Shown: piece after piece, positions 13,182 to 23,782 of the stretch
How the letters are laid out: every line of letters starts with the position of its first letter
Numbering within the stretch: position 1 is the stretch's first letter
Origin: an uncultured Bacteroidota bacterium
GTDB lineage: Bacteria; Bacteroidota; Ignavibacteria; UBA10030; UBA6906
Direction of reading: 5' to 3'
NCBI GenBank assembly: GCA_963700635.1
Contig: CAVOYH010000003.1
Coordinates: 896,001 to 960,000, forward strand
DNA: 64,000 nucleotides
The notes under the pieces: model-generated
What the model saw: only the letters and a program-made list of their open reading frames with translations
The model's database searches: none
Told to the model about the DNA's origin: nothing
Program-made: the position numbers and the translations under genes

Positions 13182-13885
13182 GGGTGTTCTCCCCGGCTTG
13201 CGTGAAGGGCATTCTCACGATCAATGACGTCGAGCAGCTCCGATACATCATTCAATTCGTAGCGCGCGTGTGATTCGACGGTACCGAACGTGTCGCCGTA
13301 CCGGGCAAACACTGTTGTAATGCCGACCTGGGCGGCGCCGACCATATCCCGTTCGGCCCAATCACCCACCATGAGCGTCTCATGAGGCTTCACCTTGAGC
13401 AGGGTAAGTGCCCGGAGGAATGGGGCGGGGCTTGGTTTCCGCTCGCCCGTGTCTTCGAATGTGATCACGGAGTCAAAGAGATGATGAAAACCAAGATAAC
13501 AGAGTCGCAACCATGCCTCCCGGCCGGGTGCGTCGGATACCACGGCGAGCCTGACGCCCCGTTTGATCAGGGCAACCAGCGTCATGTTCACATGGGGATA
13601 GGGCACAAGAGCCGCCTCGCGCGCCCGCCGGTACGCAATGATGCCGGCTGAGAGGATTTTGTAATCCACCTTCTGAAACACGTCATACAGAAGCTGATCA
13701 AACACGTTTTGAAATTCGATGCCCCGTTCTTTGTATATGGCATCGATACGCTCCTGTGCTTGAGCGACGGTGAGTCCGAGGCCTGCGTCGATCATGGCTG
13801 TAATGGCGGCAGTGACAGCCTGCCGCTTCATGCTCATAAAATCGACGAGTGTGTTATCGAGGTCAAAGATTACCGCTTTGATCAT
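13178..13885 (-). CDS. HAD-IA family hydrolase
   Basis: FDLDNTL, VVSD, RKP, MVGD...DM motifs. Confidence 0.92.
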   Translation of the reverse strand: MIKAVIFDLDNTLVDFMSMKRQAVTAAITAMIDAGLGLTVAQAQERIDAIYKERGIEFQNVFDQLLYDVFQKVDYKILSAGIIAYRRAREAALVPYPHVNMTLVALIKRGVRLAVVSDAPGREAWLRLCYLGFHHLFDSVITFEDTGERKPSPAPFLRALTLLKVKPHETLMVGDWAERDMVGAAQVGITTVFARYGDTFGTVESHARYELNDVSELLDVIDRENALHASRGEHP

Positions 13886-13889
13886 ACGT

Positions 13890-14162
13890 TCACTGTGCGG
13901 TGTGCGTGCTTCTGGCTGCTTCGTCTTCCACGAAGGCCCGCACTGCGGGCTTCAGATAGACGTTGTCCAGACCGATCCCGTGCAGCGCTGTCGCGAGGAC
14001 AGACGCTTTGCGGGTTGGCATCAACCTCTTGTTGATCAGCAGCAGCTTTTCGTCGCGCAGAATACAATACCCACCCTCGAAATCACCACGTTCAAAACGG
14101 ATGGTGACGCCGATCTGCGCGGCTGCGGACTGCAATTCCTGCATAAGGTCTTCGTGCTTCAT
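13890..14162 (-). CDS. Small conserved hypothetical protein
   Basis: MKHEDLMQEL...RFERGDFEGGYCIL...INKRL; ATGA-coupled to the upstream gene. Confidence 0.75.
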   Translation of the reverse strand: MKHEDLMQELQSAAAQIGVTIRFERGDFEGGYCILRDEKLLLINKRLMPTRKASVLATALHGIGLDNVYLKPAVRAFVEDEAARSTHTAQ

Positions 14163-15112
14163 CGGGTGCCACCTGTGCGCTGCCGGAACGGCTGGACGAC
14201 CGCAAGGAGGATGATGGTATAGTAACACAGGACACCGACAAGCGGGGCTCCTGCCAGAGCGCTCACACGCGCGAGGAAAATCTCGCGGAGTGCAAACAGG
14301 TTTCCACCATCACCCAGCGCCATCATAATCATCCGCAGATCAAGCACCATGGTAAACACCTCCACCGGTACAAAGACATACAGAAGGATGGCAGCCGTCA
14401 TGAGCCAGCCATGCTCCCGCAGGCGAAACGGTGAACGTGCGAGGAACACGACGCTGCCCAGGAGGACAAGCAGATACCCCACGATCATCACGATACCCAG
14501 ATACGACAGTTGACGGTATACGTGGTATTCGACTGCAGAGGGTATGTTGGGATCCAACGCCACTGTTCCCGGGACGAGAAGGTCGTTGGCCAGCACTGCA
14601 CGGGCGAAAATCGCGCCCAGCCAGAAAATCGCGCCGATGAGCAACACGAAGAGCGCACCGCGCCAGACGGCCGATGAAACGTTGTGGAGGGCGCGCCGCG
14701 GGCTTGTATCCAACAACCAATTCTTGTACCAGCGTAGATCAGAACAGAGAGCAAACACATTCTGCAATGCTTCAGGCGTGAGCCGGAAATATTCCGCGTC
14801 AAACGTTGCGCGCTGTTCATCCGTACCGTGACGCAACACTTCGCCGGTAAGTGTCTTTACTCTCTCGATCCCTTTTTGCATCTCGGCTGCAAGAACATCT
14901 GCCCCTTCAGCGCCGGGACCAATCCTCTGTAATGTGCGCGAACTGTTTGCAACAAACTTGGCGTGGAAACTGAGATCGGCAAGTACATCGTCACATTGCG
15001 CTTGCCGGGCAAGTTCGATCAACGTTAAAAGATCCCGACGCCGGATCAGCTTGCCTCCGGAGAGTGTCTCGAGGGCGAGCATAACATCGGCAGGAGGGGG
15101 GTTGGTGTTCAT
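14159..15112 (-). CDS. Hypothetical protein: soluble helical N-domain plus 4-TM C-domain
   Basis: 317-aa ORF leading an operon; promoter TTGATA-17-TATATT at 15137-15165; hydrophobic C-terminal half. Confidence 0.75.
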   Translation of the reverse strand: MNTNPPPADVMLALETLSGGKLIRRRDLLTLIELARQAQCDDVLADLSFHAKFVANSSRTLQRIGPGAEGADVLAAEMQKGIERVKTLTGEVLRHGTDEQRATFDAEYFRLTPEALQNVFALCSDLRWYKNWLLDTSPRRALHNVSSAVWRGALFVLLIGAIFWLGAIFARAVLANDLLVPGTVALDPNIPSAVEYHVYRQLSYLGIVMIVGYLLVLLGSVVFLARSPFRLREHGWLMTAAILLYVFVPVEVFTMVLDLRMIMMALGDGGNLFALREIFLARVSALAGAPLVGVLCYYTIILLAVVQPFRQRTGGTR

Positions 15113-15210
15113 CCAGTGCAGAATTCGGTTGAAGGGAATATACGAAATCCTTTAAGGACTATCAATTAATTGCTTCTCTTTTCCTTATTTTCGATATTCG
15201 GTATAGACCC

Positions 15211-17574
15211 ATGCTCCCCTCATTGATAACAGACGGACGGCTCCGATCCAGGCTGGACCGGATCCTACAGTCCCTGCGGATTCCAGGTTCTCTGGCGGTC
15301 AAGGTCCTTCTGGCGGTGGGACTGCTCGGGACGCTGGCCCTGATGTTCCCCCGGGGCGAGTCTCTGGAGCTCGAGTTCAAAGTAGGGGCCATCTGGGCCC
15401 AGAAAGACCTGATTGCCCCCTTTTCATTCCCCATTTTCCGTGACGAGAGGGAGTATCAGAGTGATGTAAACGAGGCCAAAGAAAGGGTCTTGCAGGTTTT
15501 CGAGCGTGATACGCTCGTTGTCACCCGCCAACTCAGACGACTTGATGAGTTTTTCCAAAGGGTATCCGAGGCGGTCAAGGTCGACCGGCAGTTCAAACGG
15601 GGCCTGCGCCGCGGGGACTCTGCTGCGTCAGAAGATTCACTGCTCTTCGTCCAACTTGCTTCTTCCCTGGATATACCGTTTAACCCCCGTGAATGGGCCC
15701 TTCTGGATATACTTTCCAGCAGCGGCGGCCTCAGTCGCATGCATGTCCTGATTGCCGGTGGCCTGCGCGACCTCCATGCTGTGGGTATTCTGGACCGGAG
15801 TAAGGGCACCATTATCCCTTCCGAGCTGGCGCAGCGTAATGGCAACATTGAAGAAATTCTCCCCGCAGCACGTTTTTACGACCATGCGGACGTCGTCGGG
15901 CAGCTCGAAACGAAATTGCTGGTGTTTTACGGAGGGGACAATGATACGGTAAACCTTGCCTACAAGATCGCCGTGATGCATGTTGCCCCGAACGTTAAAT
16001 TTAGCGAAGAAGCGACGGCTCAATCAATTGCAGCGGCCGCTGACGCTGTCCCGAGAACCCTCGGGTACGTGCAGGAAAATGAACGAATCGTCAGCAAGCA
16101 CGAGCGGTTGACACCCGAGACTCGGCTGAAACTGGAGTCCCTGCGGCGCGTTAAAGTCGAACGTGGACCTGCCTCCGATAGTGTGCTGCAATTATTCGGC
16201 ACGGCGCTGCACGCGACGATTGTGATTGCTCTCTATGCGATCTATCTCTACCTCTTCCGAAAACGGATTTGGAATAGTAACCGTCGCCTTGCGCTCATTG
16301 CGCTTTTGATTTTGATGGAAGGATTTTTTGCGTACCTGTCGCGCGAGCTCGACGTGACCACGCCCATCGAGTATCTTATCGCAGTCCCTGCGGCGGCCAT
16401 GCTGCTTACGATCATCTTTGACTCCCGCGTCGGGTTTTATGGCACCGTGATCATCGCCCTTGTCGTCGCGGGCATCCGTGGCAACGATTATTCTATCGCG
16501 CTTGCATCGGTGGTGGCGGGAGCGCTTTCGGTGTACTCGGTCCGTGACATGAAGAACCGGACCCAGCTCTTCCGGTCACTGGGATTTATCTTCGTCGGCT
16601 ACGCCGCTTCCATCGTCTCACTCGGTATGGAACGGTATGAGCCTGTTTCTGTAATTTTTGAACAAATATCATTTGCCATGGTCAATGCCATCGTTTCGCC
16701 GGTTCTGACCTATGGCCTGCTGATCTTCCTCGAACGGGTGTTCAAGGTTACGACCGATCTCACGCTGATGGAACTGGCCCATTTTAATCATCCGTTGCTC
16801 CGCATGCTTGCCGAGAAGACGCCCGGGACGTATCATCACAGCATGACCATTGTGAGTCTTGCGGAGGCCGCGGCCGTGGCAATCGGTGCCAACGAAGTGC
16901 TGGTCAGAGTCGGCGCACACTTCCATGACATTGGAAAGGTTGTTAAACCGACCTACTTTGTTGAAAACCAGAAGGGGTCCCGGAACCGGCACGATAAACT
17001 CTCGCCGCGAATGAGTTCTCTCATCATCGCCGCGCACGTGAAAGACGGGATAGCGCTGGCACGCGAGTACAGACTGCCGGAAGAAGTTGTAGATTTTATT
17101 CCCATGCATCATGGGACAACCCGAATCGACTACTTCTACAGCAAAGCTCTGAAGCTGGCGGAGAGTTCTGACGACGAGACGAAACTTGACGAAATCAACG
17201 AGCAGGATTACCGGTATCCGGGTCCGAAGCCGCAGACCAAAGAGACAGGGATCATGATGCTGGCGGATGCGGTGGAAGCCACAGTGCGCACTATTGAGGA
17301 ACCGACTCCACAGCGGCTTGCCGACGCAATTGATGAATTGGTGAAACGACGGCTCGATGAAGGCGAACTGGACGAATGCCCGCTCACGCTCAAAGAGATT
17401 ACAAAAGTCAAAGCGGCATTTCTTAACGTCCTTGTGGGTATCTACCACACACGCGTGAAGTACCCAACCTTGCCTCTCACCCGTCTCCGCCAGACGCGAC
17501 AGAAGACGGTGTCTGTGCCCCCGGACGGATCGCGGTCCCAATCGGGATCTACGCCGGATGGTGATCAATCATGA
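15211..17574 (+). CDS. pgpH: 7TM-HD (PgpH-like) cyclic-dinucleotide phosphodiesterase
   Basis: TM, large extracytoplasmic domain, 7TM, PGTYHHS, FHDIGK, MHHGT, YRYPGPKP, MLADAVEA. Confidence 0.88.
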   Translation: MLPSLITDGRLRSRLDRILQSLRIPGSLAVKVLLAVGLLGTLALMFPRGESLELEFKVGAIWAQKDLIAPFSFPIFRDEREYQSDVNEAKERVLQVFERDTLVVTRQLRRLDEFFQRVSEAVKVDRQFKRGLRRGDSAASEDSLLFVQLASSLDIPFNPREWALLDILSSSGGLSRMHVLIAGGLRDLHAVGILDRSKGTIIPSELAQRNGNIEEILPAARFYDHADVVGQLETKLLVFYGGDNDTVNLAYKIAVMHVAPNVKFSEEATAQSIAAAADAVPRTLGYVQENERIVSKHERLTPETRLKLESLRRVKVERGPASDSVLQLFGTALHATIVIALYAIYLYLFRKRIWNSNRRLALIALLILMEGFFAYLSRELDVTTPIEYLIAVPAAAMLLTIIFDSRVGFYGTVIIALVVAGIRGNDYSIALASVVAGALSVYSVRDMKNRTQLFRSLGFIFVGYAASIVSLGMERYEPVSVIFEQISFAMVNAIVSPVLTYGLLIFLERVFKVTTDLTLMELAHFNHPLLRMLAEKTPGTYHHSMTIVSLAEAAAVAIGANEVLVRVGAHFHDIGKVVKPTYFVENQKGSRNRHDKLSPRMSSLIIAAHVKDGIALAREYRLPEEVVDFIPMHHGTTRIDYFYSKALKLAESSDDETKLDEINEQDYRYPGPKPQTKETGIMMLADAVEATVRTIEEPTPQRLADAIDELVKRRLDEGELDECPLTLKEITKVKAAFLNVLVGIYHTRVKYPTLPLTRLRQTRQKTVSVPPDGSRSQSGSTPDGDQS

Positions 17575-18530
17575 AACACCTTATAGAAGAGTACCTGCAC
17601 CATCTGCAACTGGAGAAAAACGCATCTGCGAACACGATCACATCCTACAGGCGCGATCTCGAACGGTACCGGGATTATGTGCAATCCGCAGGCATAGAGG
17701 CCCCTCAACAGATTACCACCGATCGGGCTGCACGATTTCTTCAGGGGCTCCAGGCCGATGGACTTGCCGCCACCTCGGTGATGCGCTGTCTGTCAGCCGT
17801 GCGCGGATTTCACCGGTTTCTGATGGCTGACGGTATCACGACGCACAACCCGACCGAGACGCTGGATTCGCCACGCCGGCGGCGGACACTGCCGGGTGTT
17901 CTGACCCGCGAGGAAGTTGAGTTGATCATGGCTCAGCCTGCACCCTCACCCGCAGACTCCAAGAATCTCTGGGTGCGCGACAGGGCTATTCTCGAAGTGC
18001 TGTATGCGACGGGGATCCGGGTATCGGAATTGATCACCCTCCCGCAGGCGCATCTGTATGCCGAAGAGGGGATGGTGAAGGTTTTCGGGAAGGGATCCAA
18101 GGAACGGCTGGTTCCCATTGGACCGGCGGCACTTCACTGGGTGGCGCGCTACAAAGCCGAATCCCGTTTTCTTCTGCAGAAACGCCTCGCAACACACGAT
18201 ATGCTCTTCTTGAATACACGTGGTACCCCTCTTACACGGGTGGCCATATGGCAAACGGTACATCACCATGCCCTCAAGGCAGGGATTTCCCAGAGGGTGC
18301 ACCCCCACACATTCCGGCATTCCTTTGCAACCCATTTGCTGGAGGGAGGGGCCGATCTGCGTGCTGTTCAGGAAATGCTCGGACACGCCGATATCTCAAC
18401 AACCCAGGTTTATACACACATTGACCGCACCTATCTGAAACAGGAATACGACAAATACCACCCCAGGAGCGGAGTCGAAGAGTACCATGCACAAGTCCAA
18501 TCAAGTAAGGGCGTTCAGACACCTGGATGA
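17571..18530 (+). CDS. xerD: Tyrosine recombinase XerD
   Basis: LYATGIRVSEL, GKGSKERLVP, HPHTFRHSFATHLL, MLGH, TTQVYTH. Confidence 0.95.
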   Translation: MKHLIEEYLHHLQLEKNASANTITSYRRDLERYRDYVQSAGIEAPQQITTDRAARFLQGLQADGLAATSVMRCLSAVRGFHRFLMADGITTHNPTETLDSPRRRRTLPGVLTREEVELIMAQPAPSPADSKNLWVRDRAILEVLYATGIRVSELITLPQAHLYAEEGMVKVFGKGSKERLVPIGPAALHWVARYKAESRFLLQKRLATHDMLFLNTRGTPLTRVAIWQTVHHHALKAGISQRVHPHTFRHSFATHLLEGGADLRAVQEMLGHADISTTQVYTHIDRTYLKQEYDKYHPRSGVEEYHAQVQSSKGVQTPG

Positions 18531-19971
18531 CGTTCTCCCTCTGACCCTGGCCGATGTCCGCCGGGATATCGTGGGCATCTCCACCCCCGTGCCGCTGCTG
18601 GATGGGACAGAGCGTCCGTACGTCTTCCTGGACAACGCCGCAAGCACGCCCTCCTTCGGCAGCGTCCTCCGGTGTGTCGAAAATTTTCTTCCATGGTATT
18701 CTGGCGTGCATCGGGGGACGGGTTTCAAGTCGTTGCTGGCCACCGAAGTATTTGACGCTGCCCACGATGTTGTCGGCAGATTTGTCGGTGCCGATCTTTC
18801 CCGCAATACCGTCATCTTCGCGAAGAACACTACGGAGTGCGTCAACAAGCTCGCCAACCGCGCGGGCCTCCGTCCGGATGACATCGTGGTGAGTACCCTC
18901 CAGGAACATCATTCCAACGACTTGCCCTGGCGGAAACACTGCACCGTCATCCATGTTGGTGTGCTGGAGGATGGCCATCTCGATCTTGACCAGCTCCGGG
19001 CGGTACTTCAGAAATATCGTGGACGGATAAAATTTGTTGCGATCACCGGGGCGTCAAACATTACGGGTCTGTGCGCGCCTGTTCACGATATTGCGGAGTG
19101 GACCCATGCAGCGGGTGCCCGGTTGTTTGTGGATGCCGCCCAGCTTGCGCCGCACCGGCCCATCAGCATGCTTCCTGATGATGATCCGCGCCACATCGAC
19201 TTCCTCGCGCTCTCAGCCCACAAGATGTATGCTCCGTTCGGAACGGGCGCACTGGTTGGTCCCAGAAGTTTTTTTGATGAAGGCGAACCCGATATGGTCG
19301 GCGGTGGAGTGGTGGAGATTGTGACTCTGGAAAGTGCGCACTGGAATCGTCCGCCGCACAAGGAGGAAGCAGGAACCCCCAACGTCATCGGGGGTGTGGC
19401 CCTTGCGGCTGCTATCGCGGTGCTTGAGTCGGTGGGGATGGAAACGATCGCCGGCCACGAGACGAAGTTGCTGACGTATGCCTATGGCAAACTCCGCCGC
19501 ATGCCGGGGATTGTTTTATACGGACCAACAGAGCACTTCGACGACAAAGTCGGCACGATCACCCTCAACGTCGAAGGAAAACATAACGGTCTTGTTGCCG
19601 CCATACTCGGGATCGAAGGCGGCATCGGCGTGCGGAATGGTTGCTTCTGTGCGCACCCGTATGTCAAGCACCTCCTGAAGATTACGCCTGAGGAAGACCG
19701 GGTTCTGACCGAAGAGGTGCGGACAGGGAACAAGAGTCGCATGCCCGGCATGGTCCGGGCAAGTCTTGGATGTTATTCGAATGAGAGTGACGTCGATGCG
19801 CTCATCGAAATGCTCGAGCGGGTGCTCCGTGGTGACATACAGGGAACATACACGCAGGATCGCACTACCGGGGCATTTCACGCAGAAGGATACCGTCCGG
19901 ATTTCTCGCAATTCTTCCGGTATGCTCTGCCGGGAGCTCAAGGAAGAAGTCACACTTCAGAAGCATCATGA
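18487..19971 (+). CDS. Class V PLP aminotransferase / cysteine desulfurase-like
   Basis: LDNAAST, VHRG, EHHSN, DAAQ, SAHKMY, EAGTPN, RNGCFCAHP. Confidence 0.9.
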   Translation: MHKSNQVRAFRHLDDVLPLTLADVRRDIVGISTPVPLLDGTERPYVFLDNAASTPSFGSVLRCVENFLPWYSGVHRGTGFKSLLATEVFDAAHDVVGRFVGADLSRNTVIFAKNTTECVNKLANRAGLRPDDIVVSTLQEHHSNDLPWRKHCTVIHVGVLEDGHLDLDQLRAVLQKYRGRIKFVAITGASNITGLCAPVHDIAEWTHAAGARLFVDAAQLAPHRPISMLPDDDPRHIDFLALSAHKMYAPFGTGALVGPRSFFDEGEPDMVGGGVVEIVTLESAHWNRPPHKEEAGTPNVIGGVALAAAIAVLESVGMETIAGHETKLLTYAYGKLRRMPGIVLYGPTEHFDDKVGTITLNVEGKHNGLVAAILGIEGGIGVRNGCFCAHPYVKHLLKITPEEDRVLTEEVRTGNKSRMPGMVRASLGCYSNESDVDALIEMLERVLRGDIQGTYTQDRTTGAFHAEGYRPDFSQFFRYALPGAQGRSHTSEAS

Positions 19972-19992
19972 ACAGTCAGAGGATGTCCTGCC

Positions 19993-21255
19993 GTGAGCGC
20001 CTACACATACCGCGATAACGCTTTGTATGTTGAAGAAGTCCCCTTTGCGCAGCTCGTTCAGGAGTACGGGTCACCACTCTACGTGTACAGCAAGAAGACA
20101 ATTCTTGACGACATGCGGCGTATTGAAGCTGCATTTGACGGGACACCGCACGTAACATACTACGCGGTGAAGGCCAACGCAAATCCGCATATTCTGCGGA
20201 TGCTTGCCGCAGAAGGGCTCGGGGCCGACGTCGGGTCAGGAGGAGAGTTATTCCTGGCGCTCCGTGAAGGGTTTCCGCCTTCCAGGATCACGTTCAGCGG
20301 TGTTGGGAAGCGAGATGACGAAATTACGTACGCTCTTGAACAGGATATCTCGGCGTTTTATGTTGAATCCGCACAGGAGATAGAAGTACTGAATGACATT
20401 GCGGGGAAGATGGGGAAACGGGCACGGATTCTTGTGCGGGTGAACCTGGATATCGATGCCGGCGGGCACGCATACGTCTCCACGAGTCTGCGCCACAACA
20501 AATTCGGGCTGTCCCACGCGAAAGCACTGGCGGTGCTGAAAACAATCCGATCCTTCCCCCATATAGAAGTCCGTGGCATCCATAGCCACGTCGGATCCCA
20601 GATCACAAAATCGGCGATCTTCGTGAAAGCGGCCGAAGCCGTGGTCGCGCTCGTCCAGGATCTCCGCGAAGCAGGCATACGGGTTGATGATCTGGATTTC
20701 GGCGGGGGGTTCGGTATTCAGTATCACGGCTTCATACGGCAGAAGGGACTTCCCGTTGAGCATGCTGAAGAGTCCCGCCTGACAAGCACAGATCTCCTTC
20801 GTTCCGCCCTTCCGATTCTCCGCACGCTCGGCTGTGCACTTTCCATCCAACCCGGTCGCGCCATCGTTGCCCATGGCGGGGTGCTGGTCACACGGGTTCT
20901 CTACCGGAAAGAAACTGAGGAAAAGACGTTTCTTATTGTGGACGGAGCAATGACGGATCTGATCCGGCCGGCCCTTTATCATGCACACCATCAGATTGTG
21001 CCGGTACACCTGACGGGTGCGGCCTTTGAACCCGTTGACGTGGTAGGACCGGTGTGTGAGTCAGGAGATTTTTTTGCCCATGACCGGCGGATGCCCAGGA
21101 TGCAGCGCGGCGACCTGATGGCCCTGATGTGTACCGGTGCATACGGTTATGTGCAGGCTTCAAACTACAACGCACGTCCCCGTCCCGCGGAGATCATGGT
21201 GGACGGCCACAACCATATGGTCATACGCCCGCGGGAAACAGTTGAAGATCTGTAG
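19993..21255 (+). CDS. lysA: Diaminopimelate decarboxylase
   Basis: YAVKAN, KFGL, HSHVGSQ, FGGGFG, RPALY, GPVCESGD, GAYG...SNYN. Confidence 0.96.
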   Translation: MSAYTYRDNALYVEEVPFAQLVQEYGSPLYVYSKKTILDDMRRIEAAFDGTPHVTYYAVKANANPHILRMLAAEGLGADVGSGGELFLALREGFPPSRITFSGVGKRDDEITYALEQDISAFYVESAQEIEVLNDIAGKMGKRARILVRVNLDIDAGGHAYVSTSLRHNKFGLSHAKALAVLKTIRSFPHIEVRGIHSHVGSQITKSAIFVKAAEAVVALVQDLREAGIRVDDLDFGGGFGIQYHGFIRQKGLPVEHAEESRLTSTDLLRSALPILRTLGCALSIQPGRAIVAHGGVLVTRVLYRKETEEKTFLIVDGAMTDLIRPALYHAHHQIVPVHLTGAAFEPVDVVGPVCESGDFFAHDRRMPRMQRGDLMALMCTGAYGYVQASNYNARPRPAEIMVDGHNHMVIRPRETVEDL

Positions 21256-21280
21256 CAAGTCAGGCTCGGGAGAACGTACC

Positions 21281-21829
21281 ATGACAGTCCTACTAAAACT
21301 GCGGTTTATGCTGCCCGGAATCCTGGCGGGAATTCTGCTGGTACCCGGATGTATCCTCATTCGTACCACGGAACACCGGATCACCATCAACGAAGACGGG
21401 AGTGGCGATGCGGTATTACGCCTGATCGATTTGCGTTCCGATGAGACCGTGGATTCTCTTATCCAGCGGGACTTCCGGATCATGCTCTCGTCGTATGAAA
21501 GCGAGGGCCAAGAAAAATTCGAACGTGACGGGCGGAGAATTTCCGAAAAGAGGCTCTACGCGCGCGCCGACACACTCTATGCGGAAATCTCGTATTCATT
21601 TGCTTCCCTGATGGATATCGACGGTCTGCATGTGACCGAAACCGAATTGTATGTAGTCGTTCCCGATGGCCGGGAGGTCGTCCGTACAAACGGACGGGTT
21701 GCTCCCTGGCGCGGTGAGGATCGTCGCATCGTCTGGAAACGGGATTCACGCCGCCTTCTGTTTCAGATCCGGGAAAAGAACCTCCCACCATCCACATCAC
21801 TCGCGCGTCTGTATCGCGAACTTGAATAG
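21281..21829 (+). CDS. Hypothetical lipoprotein
   Basis: Lipobox-like LVPGC; GGAG RBS before ATG 21281; lies between lysA and ddl. Confidence 0.7.
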   Translation: MTVLLKLRFMLPGILAGILLVPGCILIRTTEHRITINEDGSGDAVLRLIDLRSDETVDSLIQRDFRIMLSSYESEGQEKFERDGRRISEKRLYARADTLYAEISYSFASLMDIDGLHVTETELYVVVPDGREVVRTNGRVAPWRGEDRRIVWKRDSRRLLFQIREKNLPPSTSLARLYRELE

Positions 21830-21842
21830 GAATTTCCAGCGT

Positions 21843-22970
21843 ATGGCGACAGGAAGAATCCGTGTCGGCGTTATCTTTGGCGGACGTTCCGGTGAGCATG
21901 AGGTGTCGCTGGTATCGGCCGCGTCCGTCATGGACGCGCTCGATCCGTCCCGCTATCAGGTTGTTCCCATCGGGATATCGCGTGAAGGACGGTGGCTGAG
22001 TTCACCCCGGGTCTTGCAGCTTCTTCGAGACCGGGCAGGTCTGGAGAATGAAACAGAATGCGTGCTCGTGCCTGAGCCGGGACGGCAGGGATTGATGGTG
22101 GTTGCGGGCGGAGGTGATCCTGTGACCCCTCTGGATGTCGTGTTTCCGTTGATCCACGGGACGTTTGGCGAGGATGGCACGCTGCAGGGACTGCTGGAGC
22201 TGGCCGATATTCCGTACGTCGGTGCAGGGGTGTTGGGTTCTGCTGCGGGTATGGACAAGATTATTCAGAAACAATTGTTTGCTCAGGCCGGACTACGTGT
22301 GCCCAAATACACCTGGGCGCTCTCTTCACACTGCAACGCCAATACCCGGAAGACCGTCACAAACGTCGAACGATCCCTGCGATATCCCGTTTTTGTGAAA
22401 CCGGCCAACACCGGATCAAGCGTGGGAATCGTCAAAGCCCACAATCGAGAAGAACTTCTCGCAGGCATATCGACTGCGGCTGCTTATGACCGCAAGGTGC
22501 TCTTCGAACAGGGAATTCGTAACGCCCGGGAGATCGAGTGTGGCGTTCTCGGGAACGATGACCCGCTTGTTTCGGCTCCCGGGGAGATTATCCCCTCGAA
22601 TGAGTTCTATGACTATGATGCAAAATATGTGGACGGAAAATCGGAAGCCATTATCCCGGCCCGACTGCCACGCCATACCGTGACGCAGGTACAACGTATG
22701 GCCCGTACTGCCTACCAGGCGATTGATTGTGCGGGGATGGCGAGAGCAGATTTCTTCGTCGGACGAAAAAGCGGCACCGTCTATATCAACGAACTTAATA
22801 CCATTCCCGGCTTCACATCCATCAGCATGTACCCGAAACTCTGGCAGGCATCCGGGATGTCATTTTCCGCTCTATTGGACAGGCTTATCACGCTCGCGCT
22901 GGATCGCCAAACGCAGAAGAACGGCTTACGCCGGTTTTACGATCCACGCGAAGAGTGGTACCGTCGCTGA
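21843..22970 (+). CDS. ddl: D-alanine--D-alanine ligase
   Basis: [39 protein letters not shown]. Confidence 0.98.
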   Translation: MATGRIRVGVIFGGRSGEHEVSLVSAASVMDALDPSRYQVVPIGISREGRWLSSPRVLQLLRDRAGLENETECVLVPEPGRQGLMVVAGGGDPVTPLDVVFPLIHGTFGEDGTLQGLLELADIPYVGAGVLGSAAGMDKIIQKQLFAQAGLRVPKYTWALSSHCNANTRKTVTNVERSLRYPVFVKPANTGSSVGIVKAHNREELLAGISTAAAYDRKVLFEQGIRNAREIECGVLGNDDPLVSAPGEIIPSNEFYDYDAKYVDGKSEAIIPARLPRHTVTQVQRMARTAYQAIDCAGMARADFFVGRKSGTVYINELNTIPGFTSISMYPKLWQASGMSFSALLDRLITLALDRQTQKNGLRRFYDPREEWYRR

Positions 22971-22980
22971 TGTAGCGCCT

Positions 22981-23064
22981 TTCGTCCCGTGTCTCTGCAG
23001 TTCGTCGCACTACACACCACATTCGTCGCACTTCCCAAACCCTGCCTCCCTGGTTCCGTACATA
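22981..23064 (+). promoter_or_regulatory. Three phased direct repeats (TTCGTCSC) plus -10 element; candidate activator operator
   Basis: TTCGTCCCGT at 22981, TTCGTCGCACT at 23001 and 23022; CG-TACATA at 23057-23064 with no good -35. Confidence 0.55.
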
Positions 23065-23119
23065 CAAGCAGATACGGGGACCATCTCGTTTCAAGCACAC
23101 ATTCAAAGGGAGGTCAGTC

Positions 23120-23572
23120 ATGAGAACCGGAATAGTCATACTCGCAGCCGTTGTGTTGGTAAGTGTGGCAGCAACCGGCGCACTGGCGTCGGATCAGGCA
23201 GGGTCGTTGACTCCCGAGCAATATCTCCGTGCCGAACAGACGCTTCTGAACGGCCTGCAGGAGAGCAACCTCGGAGTAAAGGAAGGTTCTGCGTTTATGC
23301 TTGGTCAGCTTAAGTCATCCAGGGCGGTGATTCCGTTGATGAAGCTGCTCCGTGACGGTGAACAGGAAACCACCCGCATTGTCGCTGCCCTTGCGCTGTG
23401 CCGGATCGGCGATGCCCGGGGTCTCTATGCGGTGAAACGGGCAACCCAGTTTGATGAAAGTGAACGTGTGTCCCAGCGGTGTGCCTGGTTCTATAACTCG
23501 TATGTGAAAGCCGGAGCGTTCGAATTCGCATCGGTGGGATCTCCGGATGCGACAGAAATGGCCCGGCGATAA
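23120..23572 (+). CDS. Exported HEAT-repeat protein
   Basis: Signal peptide; SAFMLGQL..RAVIPLMKLL..RIVAALALCRIGD; GGAGG RBS. Confidence 0.85.
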   Translation: MRTGIVILAAVVLVSVAATGALASDQAGSLTPEQYLRAEQTLLNGLQESNLGVKEGSAFMLGQLKSSRAVIPLMKLLRDGEQETTRIVAALALCRIGDARGLYAVKRATQFDESERVSQRCAWFYNSYVKAGAFEFASVGSPDATEMARR

Positions 23573-23625
23573 AAACAGGCGGATTCCGGACCCCGCCAGG
23601 CAGTACCCAAAGGTGTGTACACGAA

Positions 23626-23657
23626 AACGGAGCAGCCGAAAGGCTGCTCTGTTGTTT
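23626..23657 (+). terminator. Intrinsic terminator
   Basis: AACGGAGCAGCC-GAAA-GGCTGCTCTGTT followed by GTTT. Confidence 0.8.
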
Positions 23658-23782
23658 CCGGTATCCGGGTGGGAACGGGATCAAGAGGCAGGAGCCTGAA
23701 TCGGATATGCGGGCATTCTGGTGCATTGACAAGCGGAATCGCATTTGAGCTTTCTCCGTTTTCCTCGTACATTGGACGGTAC

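Noticed and set aside
17571-18530. Integrase of a mobile element
   Set aside because: Canonical XerD motifs in a housekeeping operon; no att repeats or cargo
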